A stretch of DNA of 64,000 bases from Patescibacteria group bacterium (GTDB taxonomy: Bacteria; Patescibacteriota; Patescibacteriia; UBA10025; JAHIVO01), in NCBI GenBank assembly GCA_041660605.1, contig JBAZWB010000001.1, forward strand, positions 201,295 through 265,294. Reading direction: 5' to 3'. This document shows, one piece after another, positions 9,935 through 20,766 of this stretch (the stretch's first letter is position 1; every line of letters starts with the position of its first letter). Position numbers and translations under genes: made by a program. The notes beneath the pieces are model-generated. The model ran no database searches. It saw nothing but the letters and a program-made list of their open reading frames with translations, and was not told where the DNA came from.

Positions 9935-9963
9935 TTGACTATTTTCAGGAAATCAACTATAAT
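9935..9963 (+). promoter_or_regulatory. sigma70 promoter
   Basis: TTGACT-17 bp-TATAAT. Confidence 0.75.
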
Positions 9964-9973
9964 ACCCAACATC

Positions 9974-10030
9974 ATGAAATACTCATTTTTTGTTTTACGC
10001 GATAATTTAAAACAGCACCAACCGGCGTGA
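9974..10030 (+). CDS. Putative leader peptide MKYSFFVLRDNLKQHQPA
   Basis: 18-aa ORF between a near-consensus promoter and a terminator that precedes the ABC exporter gene. Confidence 0.55.
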   Translation: MKYSFFVLRDNLKQHQPA

Positions 10031-10057
10031 TTGTCTTATAATTTTTTCACATTAGCC

Positions 10058-10082
10058 TCCCGCCGACTAAGCGGGATTTTTT
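10058..10082 (+). terminator. Intrinsic terminator in the 5' leader (attenuator)
   Basis: tcccgc-cgactaa-gcggga-tttttt, ending 11 nt before ATG 10094. Confidence 0.65.
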
Positions 10083-10093
10083 AGATAAATAAT

Positions 10094-11854
10094 ATGAAAG
10101 CGAATACCAGGGAAACCATAAATATCTATTGGCAAAGCGTCTGGAAATACAAGACGAGCCTTTTGTTTTCACTGGTGGCGATTATCAGCGCCTCGATTCT
10201 GAATGTCATTACGCCTCTATATTATAAAAAATTCATTGACAGCCTGGCGGGCGGAACCGGACAGGACTCAATTGTTAAAACCCTGATTTCCATCCTGATT
10301 ATTATCGCCATCGTGCGCCTGGCACAGTGGGTCTGCTGGCGCATCGCCACTTTTACGGCCAATTATTTTGAGTCAAAAGCCATGACTGACCTGACTGACA
10401 GTTGCTTCGCATTCCTTCATAAGCATTCATTCGGATTTTTCAATGATAATTTTGTCGGTTCCCTGGTCAAGAAAGTCAAATGGTTCGGCCGGTCGTTTGA
10501 AGTCATCGCCGACCGCCTGTTATGGAACCTCCTGCCGCTGGTGGTGAACATTGCCGTGATAGCCATCATTCTTTTCAAGCGCAGCAGCGGGCTGGGCTTC
10601 GGAGTGGTAGCCTGGGTGATAGTCTTTTTAATCATCAATAGTTTATTCGTCAGATATAAGCTGAAATACGATCTCAAGCGGAGTTTAGCCGAAACTAAAA
10701 CAACGGGCTTCCTGTCCGATTCAGTCGCCAATCACAGCACGGTTAAGCTTTTCGGCGGCTATGGCCGTGAAATCAGCGGTTTTGCCGGCCTTAACGAAAA
10801 GCTCCGCCGTTTAAGGAAATTAACCTGGGATTTAGGATCATTGTTCGAGGCGGTGCAGGGATTATTAATGACTTTTTTGGAAGTAGCGATCTTCTATTTT
10901 GCCATCGGCTTGTGGAAAAAAGGCCTGCTGACCATCGGGGATTTTGTTTTGATCCAGGTTTATCTGATAAACATTTTTGAGCGCGTCTGGGATTTCGGCA
11001 AGTTTATCAGGCAGATATATGAGGGTTTAGCGGACGCAGATGAAATGACGGAGATTCTCCAGACGCCGCTGGAGGTGCAGGATGCCCATGGGGCGAAAGA
11101 ATTAACAGTGACCAGCGGGCAGATAAATTTTAGCGCTGTAGATTTCTGCTACCGGCAGACGCGTGAAATTTTCAACGGATTCAACCTGGATATAAAATCG
11201 CATGAGCGCGTGGCCATCGTCGGTTCTTCGGGCGCCGGGAAAACCACACTGGTAAAGATGCTCCTGCGCCTGCATGACATTTCCTCCGGTGCGATCCTGA
11301 TCGACGGCCAGGATGTGGCCAGGGTAACCCAGGAAAGCCTGCACCGCAATATCGGCCTGGTACCCCAGGATCCGATCCTTTTTCACCGCAGCCTGATGGA
11401 AAATATCCGTTATGGCCGTCCGGAAGCGACAGACGACGAGGTTATCGTGGCAGCCAGAGCGGCACATTGCCATGAATTTATTTCTTCAATTCCCGAAGGC
11501 TATAATACATTTGTCGGCGAACGGGGCGTTAAATTATCCAGCGGCGAACGCCAGCGGGTGGCCATTGCCCGGGCGATTCTCTATAACGCGCCGATTCTTA
11601 TTCTGGATGAAGCGACCTCCAGCCTTGACTCTGAATCGGAACGGCTGATCCAGGACGCGCTGGAGGCATTAATGACAGGGAAAACGGTTATCGCCATTGC
11701 CCACCGCCTCTCAACTATTAAAAAAATGGACCGCATCATCGTAATTGAGAAAGGGAAAATTTCAGAAGAGGGATCTCATGCGTCGCTTTTGCGGAACCAG
11801 GCAGGAGCTTACCGGCACCTCTGGAAATTGCAGGCCGGTGGGTTTATCCAGTAA
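10094..11854 (+). CDS. ABC exporter, fused TMD-NBD (MsbA/Atm1-like)
   Basis: Six TM helices, GSSGAGKT, VPQD, LSSGERQR, ILDEATS, IAHRLST. Confidence 0.93.
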   Translation: MKANTRETINIYWQSVWKYKTSLLFSLVAIISASILNVITPLYYKKFIDSLAGGTGQDSIVKTLISILIIIAIVRLAQWVCWRIATFTANYFESKAMTDLTDSCFAFLHKHSFGFFNDNFVGSLVKKVKWFGRSFEVIADRLLWNLLPLVVNIAVIAIILFKRSSGLGFGVVAWVIVFLIINSLFVRYKLKYDLKRSLAETKTTGFLSDSVANHSTVKLFGGYGREISGFAGLNEKLRRLRKLTWDLGSLFEAVQGLLMTFLEVAIFYFAIGLWKKGLLTIGDFVLIQVYLINIFERVWDFGKFIRQIYEGLADADEMTEILQTPLEVQDAHGAKELTVTSGQINFSAVDFCYRQTREIFNGFNLDIKSHERVAIVGSSGAGKTTLVKMLLRLHDISSGAILIDGQDVARVTQESLHRNIGLVPQDPILFHRSLMENIRYGRPEATDDEVIVAARAAHCHEFISSIPEGYNTFVGERGVKLSSGERQRVAIARAILYNAPILILDEATSSLDSESERLIQDALEALMTGKTVIAIAHRLSTIKKMDRIIVIEKGKISEEGSHASLLRNQAGAYRHLWKLQAGGFIQ

Positions 11855-11975
11855 TCATTGGCAGCTGAAATAGAGCCAGAGCTGCTATAGTTAAGTCCAC
11901 CTGAAAGAGGGTTGACTCCGTTTGCGTATCTGCTAGAATGTATATCATACATTTCTTACAAGTAGGATAAATATT

Positions 11976-12215
11976 ATGACACCACAAACAAATCACGCAT
12001 TTTATGGGACTACTACCCTGGGAGAGAAAGGACAGGTAGTCATCCCCGCCGGAGCCCGGGAAGCCTTGAAGCTGGGAAAAGGCGAGAAGCTTCTGGTTTT
12101 TTCCATGGGGCATGGCATGCTGGCGCTGGCTAAGCTTGAACACCTGGCTAAATTTGAAAAGCATATGACAGAAAAGCTGGAGGCCATCCGTCAGGCAGTC
12201 AAATCAGTAAAATAA
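11976..12215 (+). CDS. AbrB/MazE/SpoVT-family DNA-binding regulator
   Basis: GTTTLGEKGQVVIPAGAREAL; leads the ABC exporter operon. Confidence 0.88.
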   Translation: MTPQTNHAFYGTTTLGEKGQVVIPAGAREALKLGKGEKLLVFSMGHGMLALAKLEHLAKFEKHMTEKLEAIRQAVKSVK

Positions 12216-12219
12216 ACCT

Positions 12220-13995
12220 ATGAAGCATTTGTTTAAATATTTTAAACCTTATCTTTGGCAATTTTTAATATTGCTGGTCATGGTCTATCTGATGGTGCTG
12301 GCGACACTGGCACTGCCGGACTATATGGCCATCATCATCAATAAGGGGATTGTGGCTGAGGATATGTCCGTGGTCTGGCACAACGGGTGGATCATGCTTT
12401 TATTCGCGCTCGGCGCTGCCGCGGCCAGCGTGGTGATCGGCTGGCTAGCCTCGCGCATCGCGGCCGGTTTTTCCCGGGATATCCGGGAGGCGACTTTCAA
12501 GAAGGTAGAAAGTTTTTCTTTGCATGAATTCAATACCTTTTCCACGGCCTCGCTGATTACCCGCTCAACCAACGACGTCCAGCAGATACAGATGGTATTG
12601 ACAATCCTTTTACGCATGGCCTTGATGGCGCCGATCATGGGCGTCTGGGCGATCATCAGGGCTTACCAGAATGCACCCTCCATGACCTGGTTAATGGGCT
12701 TGGCGGTCGGCGTTTTAATTGCTATAATTGTCATTTTATTTACTATTGCCATCCCGCGGTTCAAGAAACTGCAAAAGCTGGTTGACCGCCTGAATCTGGT
12801 CAGCCGTGAAATCCTGACCGGCTTGCGCGTGATCCGCGCTTTTAACCGCGAACCGGTTGAAGAAAAAAAGTTTGACAGCGCCAACGTCGAATTGACCAGA
12901 ATCAATTTATTCGTAAACCGCATTCTGGTGATCATGCAACCGGTGATGATATTAATCATGAATCTGACGACTCTGGCCGTCATCTGGTACGGCGCCCATC
13001 TTGTTGACCTGGGAAATTTGCAGATCGGGCAGATGCTGGCCTTCATGCAGTACGCCATGCAGGCAATTTTTGCTTTTCTTCTGATTACCATGGTTTTCAT
13101 CATGGTGCCGCGCGCCGCCGTTTCCGCTGACCGGATCGGCGAAGTGCTGGCCACCGAGGCGACCATCAAAGACCCTGAAAAGCCGGCTGACGTTTCCTCG
13201 GCACACGGCGGCCAGGTGGAATTCAAACACGTCAGCTACAGTTATGCCGGGGCGGATGAACCTGTTTTGAATGACATCTCTTTTACCGCCTGGCCCGGCC
13301 AGACCACCGCCATTGTCGGCAGTACCGGCAGCGGCAAGTCTACGCTGATAAATTTAATCCCCAGGTTTTATGACGTCAGCGCCGGCGAGGTTAAAATCGA
13401 TAATATTGATATCCGGAAAATGAGGATGGAAGACGTGAATGCCAAGATCGGCTACGTGCCGCAAAAAGGCGTTTTATTTTCCGGCACCATTGAGAGTAAT
13501 CTTAAATATGGCGCGCCCCAGGCTTCAAATGATGAAGTAAAACAAGCAGCGGAAATCGCCCAGGCTAAAGATTTCATCGAAAAATTAAATGGAAAATACC
13601 AGGCCGGAATTTCGCAGGGCGGCGCCAACGTGTCTGGCGGGCAAAAACAGCGCCTGGCCATTGCCCGGGCGATCATGCGCCAGCCCGAAATTTACATCTT
13701 TGACGACAGTTTTTCCTCTTTGGATTTCACCACGGACGCGAAATTACGGCAGGCTCTGTCCGCGGCTATAAAAAATAAAACAGTTATCATCGTGGCCCAG
13801 CGCATCAGCACCATCATGAACGCGGAAAAAATCATCGTGCTGGATGAAGGCCGGATAGTCGGGCAGGGAACGCATAATGAACTGATTAAGTCATGCGCGG
13901 TTTACCGGGAAATTGCCTCTTCTCAATTGTCCGAAGAAGAATTAAAAAGTCATCCCGGACGCACGGGGCGGCTGGTAAAGGAGGCGACCACATGA
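12220..13995 (+). CDS. Heterodimeric ABC exporter subunit with degenerate site (TM287-like)
   Basis: TMD plus NBD; FDDSFS and VAQR replace the catalytic Glu and His. Confidence 0.92.
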   Translation: MKHLFKYFKPYLWQFLILLVMVYLMVLATLALPDYMAIIINKGIVAEDMSVVWHNGWIMLLFALGAAAASVVIGWLASRIAAGFSRDIREATFKKVESFSLHEFNTFSTASLITRSTNDVQQIQMVLTILLRMALMAPIMGVWAIIRAYQNAPSMTWLMGLAVGVLIAIIVILFTIAIPRFKKLQKLVDRLNLVSREILTGLRVIRAFNREPVEEKKFDSANVELTRINLFVNRILVIMQPVMILIMNLTTLAVIWYGAHLVDLGNLQIGQMLAFMQYAMQAIFAFLLITMVFIMVPRAAVSADRIGEVLATEATIKDPEKPADVSSAHGGQVEFKHVSYSYAGADEPVLNDISFTAWPGQTTAIVGSTGSGKSTLINLIPRFYDVSAGEVKIDNIDIRKMRMEDVNAKIGYVPQKGVLFSGTIESNLKYGAPQASNDEVKQAAEIAQAKDFIEKLNGKYQAGISQGGANVSGGQKQRLAIARAIMRQPEIYIFDDSFSSLDFTTDAKLRQALSAAIKNKTVIIVAQRISTIMNAEKIIVLDEGRIVGQGTHNELIKSCAVYREIASSQLSEEELKSHPGRTGRLVKEATT

Positions 13996-16034
13996 ATAAA
14001 TCCACCAAAAAAACTCCACCGCAGCAGAATTTAGACTCTTCGGCTAAACCGCCGCCAATCGGTCCGATGGGCCGTGGCAGTCCTATGGGCATGATGATGC
14101 CTTTCCAGAAAGCCAAGAATTTCAAAAAGACGATGAAACAGCTCGGCGGTTACCTCAAACCTTTTTGGCTGTCATTAACCGTGGTTGTTTTCTTTACCAT
14201 CGCCAGTACGGCCTTTGCCATTGCCAGCCCGAAAATCCTCGGCCAGATGACCAACCAGGTAGTCGATGATTTTGTCCACCGCACTGCCTATGACCAGCTG
14301 GCGGGGAATCTTCCGCCAGGCACGCCATTACCGGCCGGCACCACTGGCGCTGACCTCTTAAACAAATTGCCGCCGTCTGTCACGGAAAAAATCCCCTCGG
14401 CCGCCCGCAGCAGCATTGCCAATCTTGACCTGTCCAAGCGCCCGGATTTTGACTATCAAAAATTAATGAGTATCGCTATCGTGCTGCTGGCACTGTACGG
14501 TTTTAGCGCCATCTTCAGCTATATCCAGAGCTGGATCATGACAAATGTCACGCAGAAAATCACTTACCAGTTTCGCCAGGAAATTTCCACCAAGATCGGG
14601 CGCCTGCCGCTGAAATATTTCGACCAGACGACCCATGGCGAAGTGCTGAGCCGGATAACAAATGACGTGGATACAGTCAGCCAGACCCTGAACCAATCCC
14701 TGACCCAGATTATCACCTCGGTCACCATGATTATCGGCATTTTAGCCATGATGCTGTCCATCAGTTGGCAAATGACGCTGGTCGCCATTGTCACCCTGCC
14801 CTTGAGTTTCGGCCTGATCGGCCTGGTGGTGAAACGCTCCCAGCGATATTTCAAATTGCAGCAGGACACGCTCGGCCACCTCAATGGCCATATCGAGGAA
14901 ATGTACGGCGGGCATATTGTCATGAAAGTGTTTAACGGCCAAGCCCGCTCCCTGGCCACCTTTTCCAAACATAACGCGGAATTATACGGCAGCGCCTGGC
15001 GTTCGCAATTCCTCTCCGGCCTGCTGTTCCCGATCCTGAATTTTGTGGGAAATATCGGCTATGTCGGCGTGACGGTGCTGGGCGGGTACCTGGCCATCCA
15101 GGGCCGCATTAATATTGGCGACATCCAGGCTTTTATCCAGTACGTCAGCCAGTTTAACCAGCCGATAGTCCAGACCGCCAACGTGGCGAATATCCTGCAG
15201 TCCACCGCCGCTGCCGCAGAAAGGGTTTTTGAGTTTTTGGCAGAACCAGAGGAATCTCCTGATCCAGAGTCTGCCAAAGCGCTGGTCAGCGTACACGGCA
15301 AAGTTGAATTTGACCATGTGCATTTCGGCTATAGTCCGGATAAAACCATTATCCATGACTTTACCGCCAAAATCGAGCCTGGCCAACGCGTGGCCATAGT
15401 CGGACCGACCGGCGCCGGCAAGACAACTATGGTTAATTTGCTAATGCGGTTTTATGACATCAACAGCGGCGTGATAAAAGTTGACGGCGTTGACATACAC
15501 TCTATGAAACGCTCTGATGTCCGGAAACTTTTTGGCATGGTTTTGCAGGATACCTGGCTTTTCAACGGCACTATCCGGGAAAATCTGGCTTATGGCAAGC
15601 CCGAGGCCACTGACGAGGAAGTTTTTGAAGCAGCCAAGGCCGCTCATGTTGATCATTTCATTCACTCATTGCCGCACGGCTACGATATGGTACTTGATGA
15701 GGAAACCAATAATATTTCCCAGGGTGAAAAGCAATTGCTGACTATTGCCCGCGCCATGCTGATCAAGACGCCGATGCTTATCCTTGACGAGGCCACCAGT
15801 TCTGTTGATACCCGTACGGAAGTATTGATCCAGAAAGCTATGGAGCGCCTGATGAAAGGCAAAACCAGCTTTGTCATTGCTCACCGGCTTTCCACCATCA
15901 GGAATGCCGATTTGATCCTCGTCATGCGCGACGGAAACATCGTTGAGCAGGGGAAACACCATGAGCTGCTGGAAAAAAACGGTTTTTACGCTTCGCTCTA
16001 CAACAGCCAGTTTACGGCACCGGTATCTGCCTAA
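13992..16034 (+). CDS. Heterodimeric ABC exporter subunit with consensus site (TM288-like)
   Basis: ATG 13992 (ATGA overlap, aaggagg RBS); GPTGAGKT, ISQGEKQ, LDEATS, IAHRLST. Confidence 0.92.
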   Translation: MNKSTKKTPPQQNLDSSAKPPPIGPMGRGSPMGMMMPFQKAKNFKKTMKQLGGYLKPFWLSLTVVVFFTIASTAFAIASPKILGQMTNQVVDDFVHRTAYDQLAGNLPPGTPLPAGTTGADLLNKLPPSVTEKIPSAARSSIANLDLSKRPDFDYQKLMSIAIVLLALYGFSAIFSYIQSWIMTNVTQKITYQFRQEISTKIGRLPLKYFDQTTHGEVLSRITNDVDTVSQTLNQSLTQIITSVTMIIGILAMMLSISWQMTLVAIVTLPLSFGLIGLVVKRSQRYFKLQQDTLGHLNGHIEEMYGGHIVMKVFNGQARSLATFSKHNAELYGSAWRSQFLSGLLFPILNFVGNIGYVGVTVLGGYLAIQGRINIGDIQAFIQYVSQFNQPIVQTANVANILQSTAAAAERVFEFLAEPEESPDPESAKALVSVHGKVEFDHVHFGYSPDKTIIHDFTAKIEPGQRVAIVGPTGAGKTTMVNLLMRFYDINSGVIKVDGVDIHSMKRSDVRKLFGMVLQDTWLFNGTIRENLAYGKPEATDEEVFEAAKAAHVDHFIHSLPHGYDMVLDEETNNISQGEKQLLTIARAMLIKTPMLILDEATSSVDTRTEVLIQKAMERLMKGKTSFVIAHRLSTIRNADLILVMRDGNIVEQGKHHELLEKNGFYASLYNSQFTAPVSA

Positions 16035-16076
16035 GATAAAAAATTTAGGCGATAATTTACTTATTAGCGAATAAAA

Positions 16077-16967
16077 ATGAACTGGATTTTCGTCGCTTTA
16101 CTAGAACCGATTTTTCATGCTTTTGCCAATATTTTGGACAGCAACCTGGCCAATCGCCTGTTTAAAAACGCCTGGCTGCTGTCGCTGATTATAACCGTTG
16201 CCGTAACGATTTTTACGCCTTTTGTCTGGCTGCTGGATCCGCCAAAGTTTTTCCCGTTGCACCTGCTACCGTATTTCATCATCGTGGGAGCTATCGAGCT
16301 GTTGTACGTGTATCCTTATTTTAAAGCCTTGCAGGGCGACGATACTTCAGTAGCTACTTCATTATTCTCCTTGGGCAAGATATTGGTACCGATACTCGCG
16401 TTTTTTCTGATAGGCGAGACGTTGCGTCCCGTGCAGTACGCCGGTTTTTTACTGATAATCGCGGCCTCAGTCGCACTGACCTTCAATCCAAAGGCCCGGC
16501 TTTGGTTTAACCGGACATTTTTTTACATCTTATTGTCTTCGGCGCTACTGGCAGTGGAAGTCGTTATTTTTAAATATATTTTTACGCAAGTAAGCTGGGG
16601 TACGGGTTATGTCTGGACGGTGGTAATTGCCAGCGCCATAGCATTAGCGGCTTTACTGCCACAACTTAGGCGTACGGATACAAGGCAGGAACTGGTGGCG
16701 CTGAAAAAAAATTACTGGCTGATTTTGCTGGTGGGAGGCGCGAGTTTTTTAGGCAATATCGGCTTCAGTTACGCCATTTTCGCGGTGCCGGCCACGGTCT
16801 CGCGGAGCATAGATTCTTTCCAGCCGTTTTTTGTCCTCTTATATGCGATACTTTTCAAGCGCTATTTCCCTCTGGCCTTCAAAGAATCAACCAATAGGCG
16901 GAGCTTGATAAAAAAGATTGTCCTTTTCGCTGTAATGGTGATTGGGGTGATTTTAACGGTAAGATAA
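16077..16967 (+). CDS. EamA/DMT family transporter
   Basis: About ten hydrophobic helices in two repeats; Y.AL...D.S and GE motifs. Confidence 0.8.
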   Translation: MNWIFVALLEPIFHAFANILDSNLANRLFKNAWLLSLIITVAVTIFTPFVWLLDPPKFFPLHLLPYFIIVGAIELLYVYPYFKALQGDDTSVATSLFSLGKILVPILAFFLIGETLRPVQYAGFLLIIAASVALTFNPKARLWFNRTFFYILLSSALLAVEVVIFKYIFTQVSWGTGYVWTVVIASAIALAALLPQLRRTDTRQELVALKKNYWLILLVGGASFLGNIGFSYAIFAVPATVSRSIDSFQPFFVLLYAILFKRYFPLAFKESTNRRSLIKKIVLFAVMVIGVILTVR

Positions 16968-17088
16968 TTTTTTAAGGATTTTAAACCGGCAAGTTGAAAC
17001 ATTTCCTAGGACAAAGGGTTACAGCGGCCCTGAAGTTGCGCCATTAAGGCAGTAGCGTTAAATAATAATTGTGTGCTAATGTATATCC

Positions 17089-18345
17089 ATGACTAACATT
17101 CCAACAACTCCCGGCTTTTCCGGCCTGGGCATCGCTCCGAGCCTGCTTGACGCGCTTGACCGCCTGCATTTTACCGAACCGACGCCGGTGCAGCGCCGTT
17201 CCATACCCATTGCCATTGAGGGACAGGACCTGATTGCCATTGCCCAAACCGGCACCGGCAAGACCATGGCTTTCGGTATTCCCATGATCCAGCGCCTGGC
17301 CCAGGTAAAAGGCCGCGGCTTGATAATCTTGCCAACACGAGAATTAGCCATACAGGTTGACGAAGCTTTGCAGACAATTGGCCATGCTTTAGGTTTGCGA
17401 ACGGCGGTATTAATCGGCGGGGCGCCGATGGGGAAGCAAAAGCAGAGCCTGCAGAGGAAACCGCACGCGATCATTGCCACGCCAGGCAGATTGCTCGACC
17501 ATATGGAGCAGAGGACGATTTCATTGAATGACGTTACAATTTTAATATTGGATGAAGCGGACAGGATGCTGGATATGGGCTTTGCTCCGCAGATCAAGAA
17601 AATATTAGCCGAAGTGCCGAAGAAACGGCAGACTATGCTTTTCTCAGCCACCATGCCGAAGGCGATCGTAGAAATCGCGCATAAATATATGGCCGTGCCT
17701 ATTCACGTAGAAATCGCGCCATCCGGCACAGCCGTAGAAAAAGTTACCCAGGAAGTTTTTTTCCTTAATAAAGAGGCAAAACCGCAGCTGCTGGAAAAAC
17801 TTCTGAAAGAGCACCTCGGTTCAGTTTTAGTTTTTGTCAGAACCAAGCATATGGCCAGGAAACTCACCCGCCGCGTATCGGATATGGGCCACACTGCCGC
17901 GGAGATTCATTCTAACCGGAGCCTGGGCCAGCGCCGCGCGGCTTTGGACGGTTTTAAATCCGGGAAGTTCCGCGTATTAATAGCTACGGATATTGCGGCC
18001 CGGGGGATTGACGTTACCGGCATTGAACTGGTTGTGAATTTTGATTTGCCATCCACGGCTGATGATTATATCCACCGGATCGGGCGGACGGCTCGCGCCG
18101 GACGCCAGGGCATGGCAATTTCCTTTGCCACTTTTGACCAGCGCGGCGATATCAGAAGCATTGAGCGGCTGTTGCGCAAGTCTTTGCCAGTGCGGCAATT
18201 GCCAAATCTGCCCGCCGCGCGGCATTTCACTGATCCGGGAGAGGCGCCGCGACAGTTTTTTAGCCGCCGGAGGCAGGGTAGTTCGCAGCCGGGCGGGAGA
18301 TTTCAGCGCCGGCGGGGGTTTAGCAGTTCGCGGCGCAGATACTAG
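17089..18345 (+). CDS. DEAD-box RNA helicase (RhlE-like)
   Basis: AQTGTGKT, PTRELA, TPGR, DEAD, SAT, ARGID, HRIGRTAR; Arg-rich tail. Confidence 0.95.
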   Translation: MTNIPTTPGFSGLGIAPSLLDALDRLHFTEPTPVQRRSIPIAIEGQDLIAIAQTGTGKTMAFGIPMIQRLAQVKGRGLIILPTRELAIQVDEALQTIGHALGLRTAVLIGGAPMGKQKQSLQRKPHAIIATPGRLLDHMEQRTISLNDVTILILDEADRMLDMGFAPQIKKILAEVPKKRQTMLFSATMPKAIVEIAHKYMAVPIHVEIAPSGTAVEKVTQEVFFLNKEAKPQLLEKLLKEHLGSVLVFVRTKHMARKLTRRVSDMGHTAAEIHSNRSLGQRRAALDGFKSGKFRVLIATDIAARGIDVTGIELVVNFDLPSTADDYIHRIGRTARAGRQGMAISFATFDQRGDIRSIERLLRKSLPVRQLPNLPAARHFTDPGEAPRQFFSRRRQGSSQPGGRFQRRRGFSSSRRRY

Positions 18346-18432
18346 GCACTCTTGCATTTTCGTCATATATTTGCTATCATCTTACCAATACCCGGTCCTT
18401 TGAGAGGACAGTTTTAATATCCAAAAAATTAT

Positions 18433-18537
18433 ATGGAAATAAGAAATATTGCTATCATTGCGCACCCTTCGACTTCGTCCCTCAATTCCATTCGGGACTT
18501 CGCTCAGGGCAGGTTACAATCTAATATACATTCATAA
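18433..18537 (+). pseudogene. Duplicated typA 5' end interrupted by a nested hairpin element; forms a 34-aa upstream ORF
   Basis: [11 protein letters not shown], 30/32 nt identical to 18537-18568, then cccttcgacttcg...ctcagggcagg. Its TAA overlaps the typA ATG. Confidence 0.8.
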
Positions 18538-20318
18538 TGGAAATACGGAATATTGCTATCATTGCGCATGTTGATCACGGGAAAACATTGCTGACCGATT
18601 CGATCTTACGCCAAACCGGCATGGTCACCGATGAAAGCGTCAGCATGGATTCCAATGCCCTGGAAAAAGAGCGCGGCATTACGATTTATTCAAAAAATAC
18701 CTCGGTCTTTTATCGCGGGACAAAAATTAACATTGTTGATACTCCCGGGCACGCGGATTTCGGCTCAGAAGTGGAGCGCGTGCTGCGTTCAATTGACAGC
18801 GTGCTTCTGGTCGTTGACGCGCAGGAAGGCCCCATGCCTCAGACCCGTTTCGTGCTGAAAAAATCCCTGGAGCTTGGATTAAAACCAATTGTGGTTATAA
18901 ATAAAATAGATAAACCGGCAGCTAATCCGGATCTGGCGCAGGAAGAAGTCTATGAGCTTTTCCTGGATCTGGGCGCTAATGACGAGCAGCTTGATTTTAC
19001 CGTTGTTTACGCGGTCGGACGCGACGGCATTGCCAAATTAAATTTAGCTGACGAGTCAAAAGATCTGACTCCGCTTCTGGATACTATTTTATTAAAAGTC
19101 CGTCCGGCGCTGGCTGATGTAAATGCGCCATTCCGTTTCCAGCCTTTCAACCTGGCTTATGATAATTTTTTAGGCCGTCTGGCAATCGGCAGGATGTATG
19201 AGGGCACGCTTAAAAACGGCCAACCTGCTGTTTTAAAATCAACCAACGGCACGGTTCAGAACGGCAAAATTACCAAGCTATTTTCCTTCAAAGGAATGCA
19301 GCGGCAATCTGTTGAAGAAGCGTATGCCGGCGACATTGTCATGGTGGCCGGGTTTCCGGAAATTGATATTGGCGATACGATCTGCCAGAGTGCAGAACAA
19401 GCGGCTTTACCAGCCATTACCATTGATGAGCCGACTATTTCCCTGAATTTTTTAGTGAATAATTCGCCGTTTGGCGGACGCGAGGGGACCTACGTGACCA
19501 GCCGGCAATTGCGTGAGCGTTTGAAAAAGGAGCTAGAGGTTAATGTCGGCCTGAGGATAGATTTTTCGCATGACTCATTCAAAGTCTATGGCCGGGGCGA
19601 GCTGCATATCTCCATTCTGCTGGAAAATATGCGGCGCGAAGGCTATGAAATGCAGGTTTCCCAGCCGCAGGTAATTATCAAGGAAATTGACGGCCACAAG
19701 CAGGAGCCGTTTGAAGAGGTGACGGTTGACGTGCCCGAAGCCCTGTCCGGTCCGGTCATTGAAAAACTGGGAAAACGCAAGGGCGTAATGGAAAATATGA
19801 AGAATGAAGCTGGCCAGGCCCGGATGATTTTTTCCATACCCACGCGCGGTTTGCTCGGCTATCGCAGCGAATTTATCGTGGATACAAAAGGCGAGGGCAT
19901 CCTCTGCTCGCGCTTTATCGGATTCCGCCCGTATGCCGGCGAATTTAAGAAACGCGATGTCGGCTCGATGATTTCCATGATTACCGGCAAAGCGCTCGGT
20001 TATTCATTGAATGGTCTGCAGGAGCGCGGAACATTATATATTTTGCCGGCCACGGAAGTGTATGAGGGCATGGTCATTGGCAATACCTCCAAAGGAATTG
20101 ATATGGCCGTGAATCCTATCAAAGGCAAGCGCCTGACCAATATGCGCGCTTCCGGAACCGATGACGCCATCCAACTGGCACCGCCGATTGCTTTAACTAT
20201 CGAACGCGGGTTGGAAATCATGGCGGAGGACGAGTATCTGGAGATCACGCCAAAAAGCGTTCGTCTGCGCAAACAGTTTCTGACAGAACTGGAACGAAAC
20301 AGGACCAGGCGGAAGTAG
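18537..20318 (+). CDS. typA: Translational GTPase TypA/BipA
   Basis: [45 protein letters not shown]. Confidence 0.97.
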   Translation: MEIRNIAIIAHVDHGKTLLTDSILRQTGMVTDESVSMDSNALEKERGITIYSKNTSVFYRGTKINIVDTPGHADFGSEVERVLRSIDSVLLVVDAQEGPMPQTRFVLKKSLELGLKPIVVINKIDKPAANPDLAQEEVYELFLDLGANDEQLDFTVVYAVGRDGIAKLNLADESKDLTPLLDTILLKVRPALADVNAPFRFQPFNLAYDNFLGRLAIGRMYEGTLKNGQPAVLKSTNGTVQNGKITKLFSFKGMQRQSVEEAYAGDIVMVAGFPEIDIGDTICQSAEQAALPAITIDEPTISLNFLVNNSPFGGREGTYVTSRQLRERLKKELEVNVGLRIDFSHDSFKVYGRGELHISILLENMRREGYEMQVSQPQVIIKEIDGHKQEPFEEVTVDVPEALSGPVIEKLGKRKGVMENMKNEAGQARMIFSIPTRGLLGYRSEFIVDTKGEGILCSRFIGFRPYAGEFKKRDVGSMISMITGKALGYSLNGLQERGTLYILPATEVYEGMVIGNTSKGIDMAVNPIKGKRLTNMRASGTDDAIQLAPPIALTIERGLEIMAEDEYLEITPKSVRLRKQFLTELERNRTRRK

Positions 20319-20436
20319 GTTGGGTCTTATAGTATAAAATAGATACTGCAAGTAAGGTTTAAACTAACTTATAGTTTGTTTTACGAAAAAAGAAGCTTGC
20401 TTGATATCCCGGCAAAACCGAATCTGGAAAAATAAT

Positions 20437-20475
20437 TGAAAAAGATTAATGTGAATTGGTATAAGTAGGGATTAA
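20437..20475 (+). repeat. 39-bp imperfect direct repeat, copy 1
   Basis: 33/39 identical to 22223-22261. The two copies read KKINVNWYK* and KKINPDWYK*. Confidence 0.7.
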
Positions 20476-20766
20476 AAAATATTAACGCGGGATTACCTCT
20501 GATTGGTGATGCTGAATTTTTTAGTTTGACCAGTCTGGGGCTAACCTTTATTATACGTTCAATTTCTACTCTCAATGTATAGAGGCACCTTAACCTCAGT
20601 GGTTTACTTTGCTTAAAAACAATAAGGATTACCGCTTCGCAGCATCTTTAGTAAATATGGTGAAAACGCCTTTATTACCGGCCTAAAGAGGACACTTGAC
20701 TTTTCTATATCAGTAGAGTAATATAGTAAGTGATGTTACTATATCAGCTTAAAAAGATAGAAAAAT

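Noticed and set aside
13893-13991. Longer N-terminus for the second exporter subunit
   Set aside because: It overlaps the upstream gene by about 100 nt; ATG 13992 has an RBS and an ATGA coupling.
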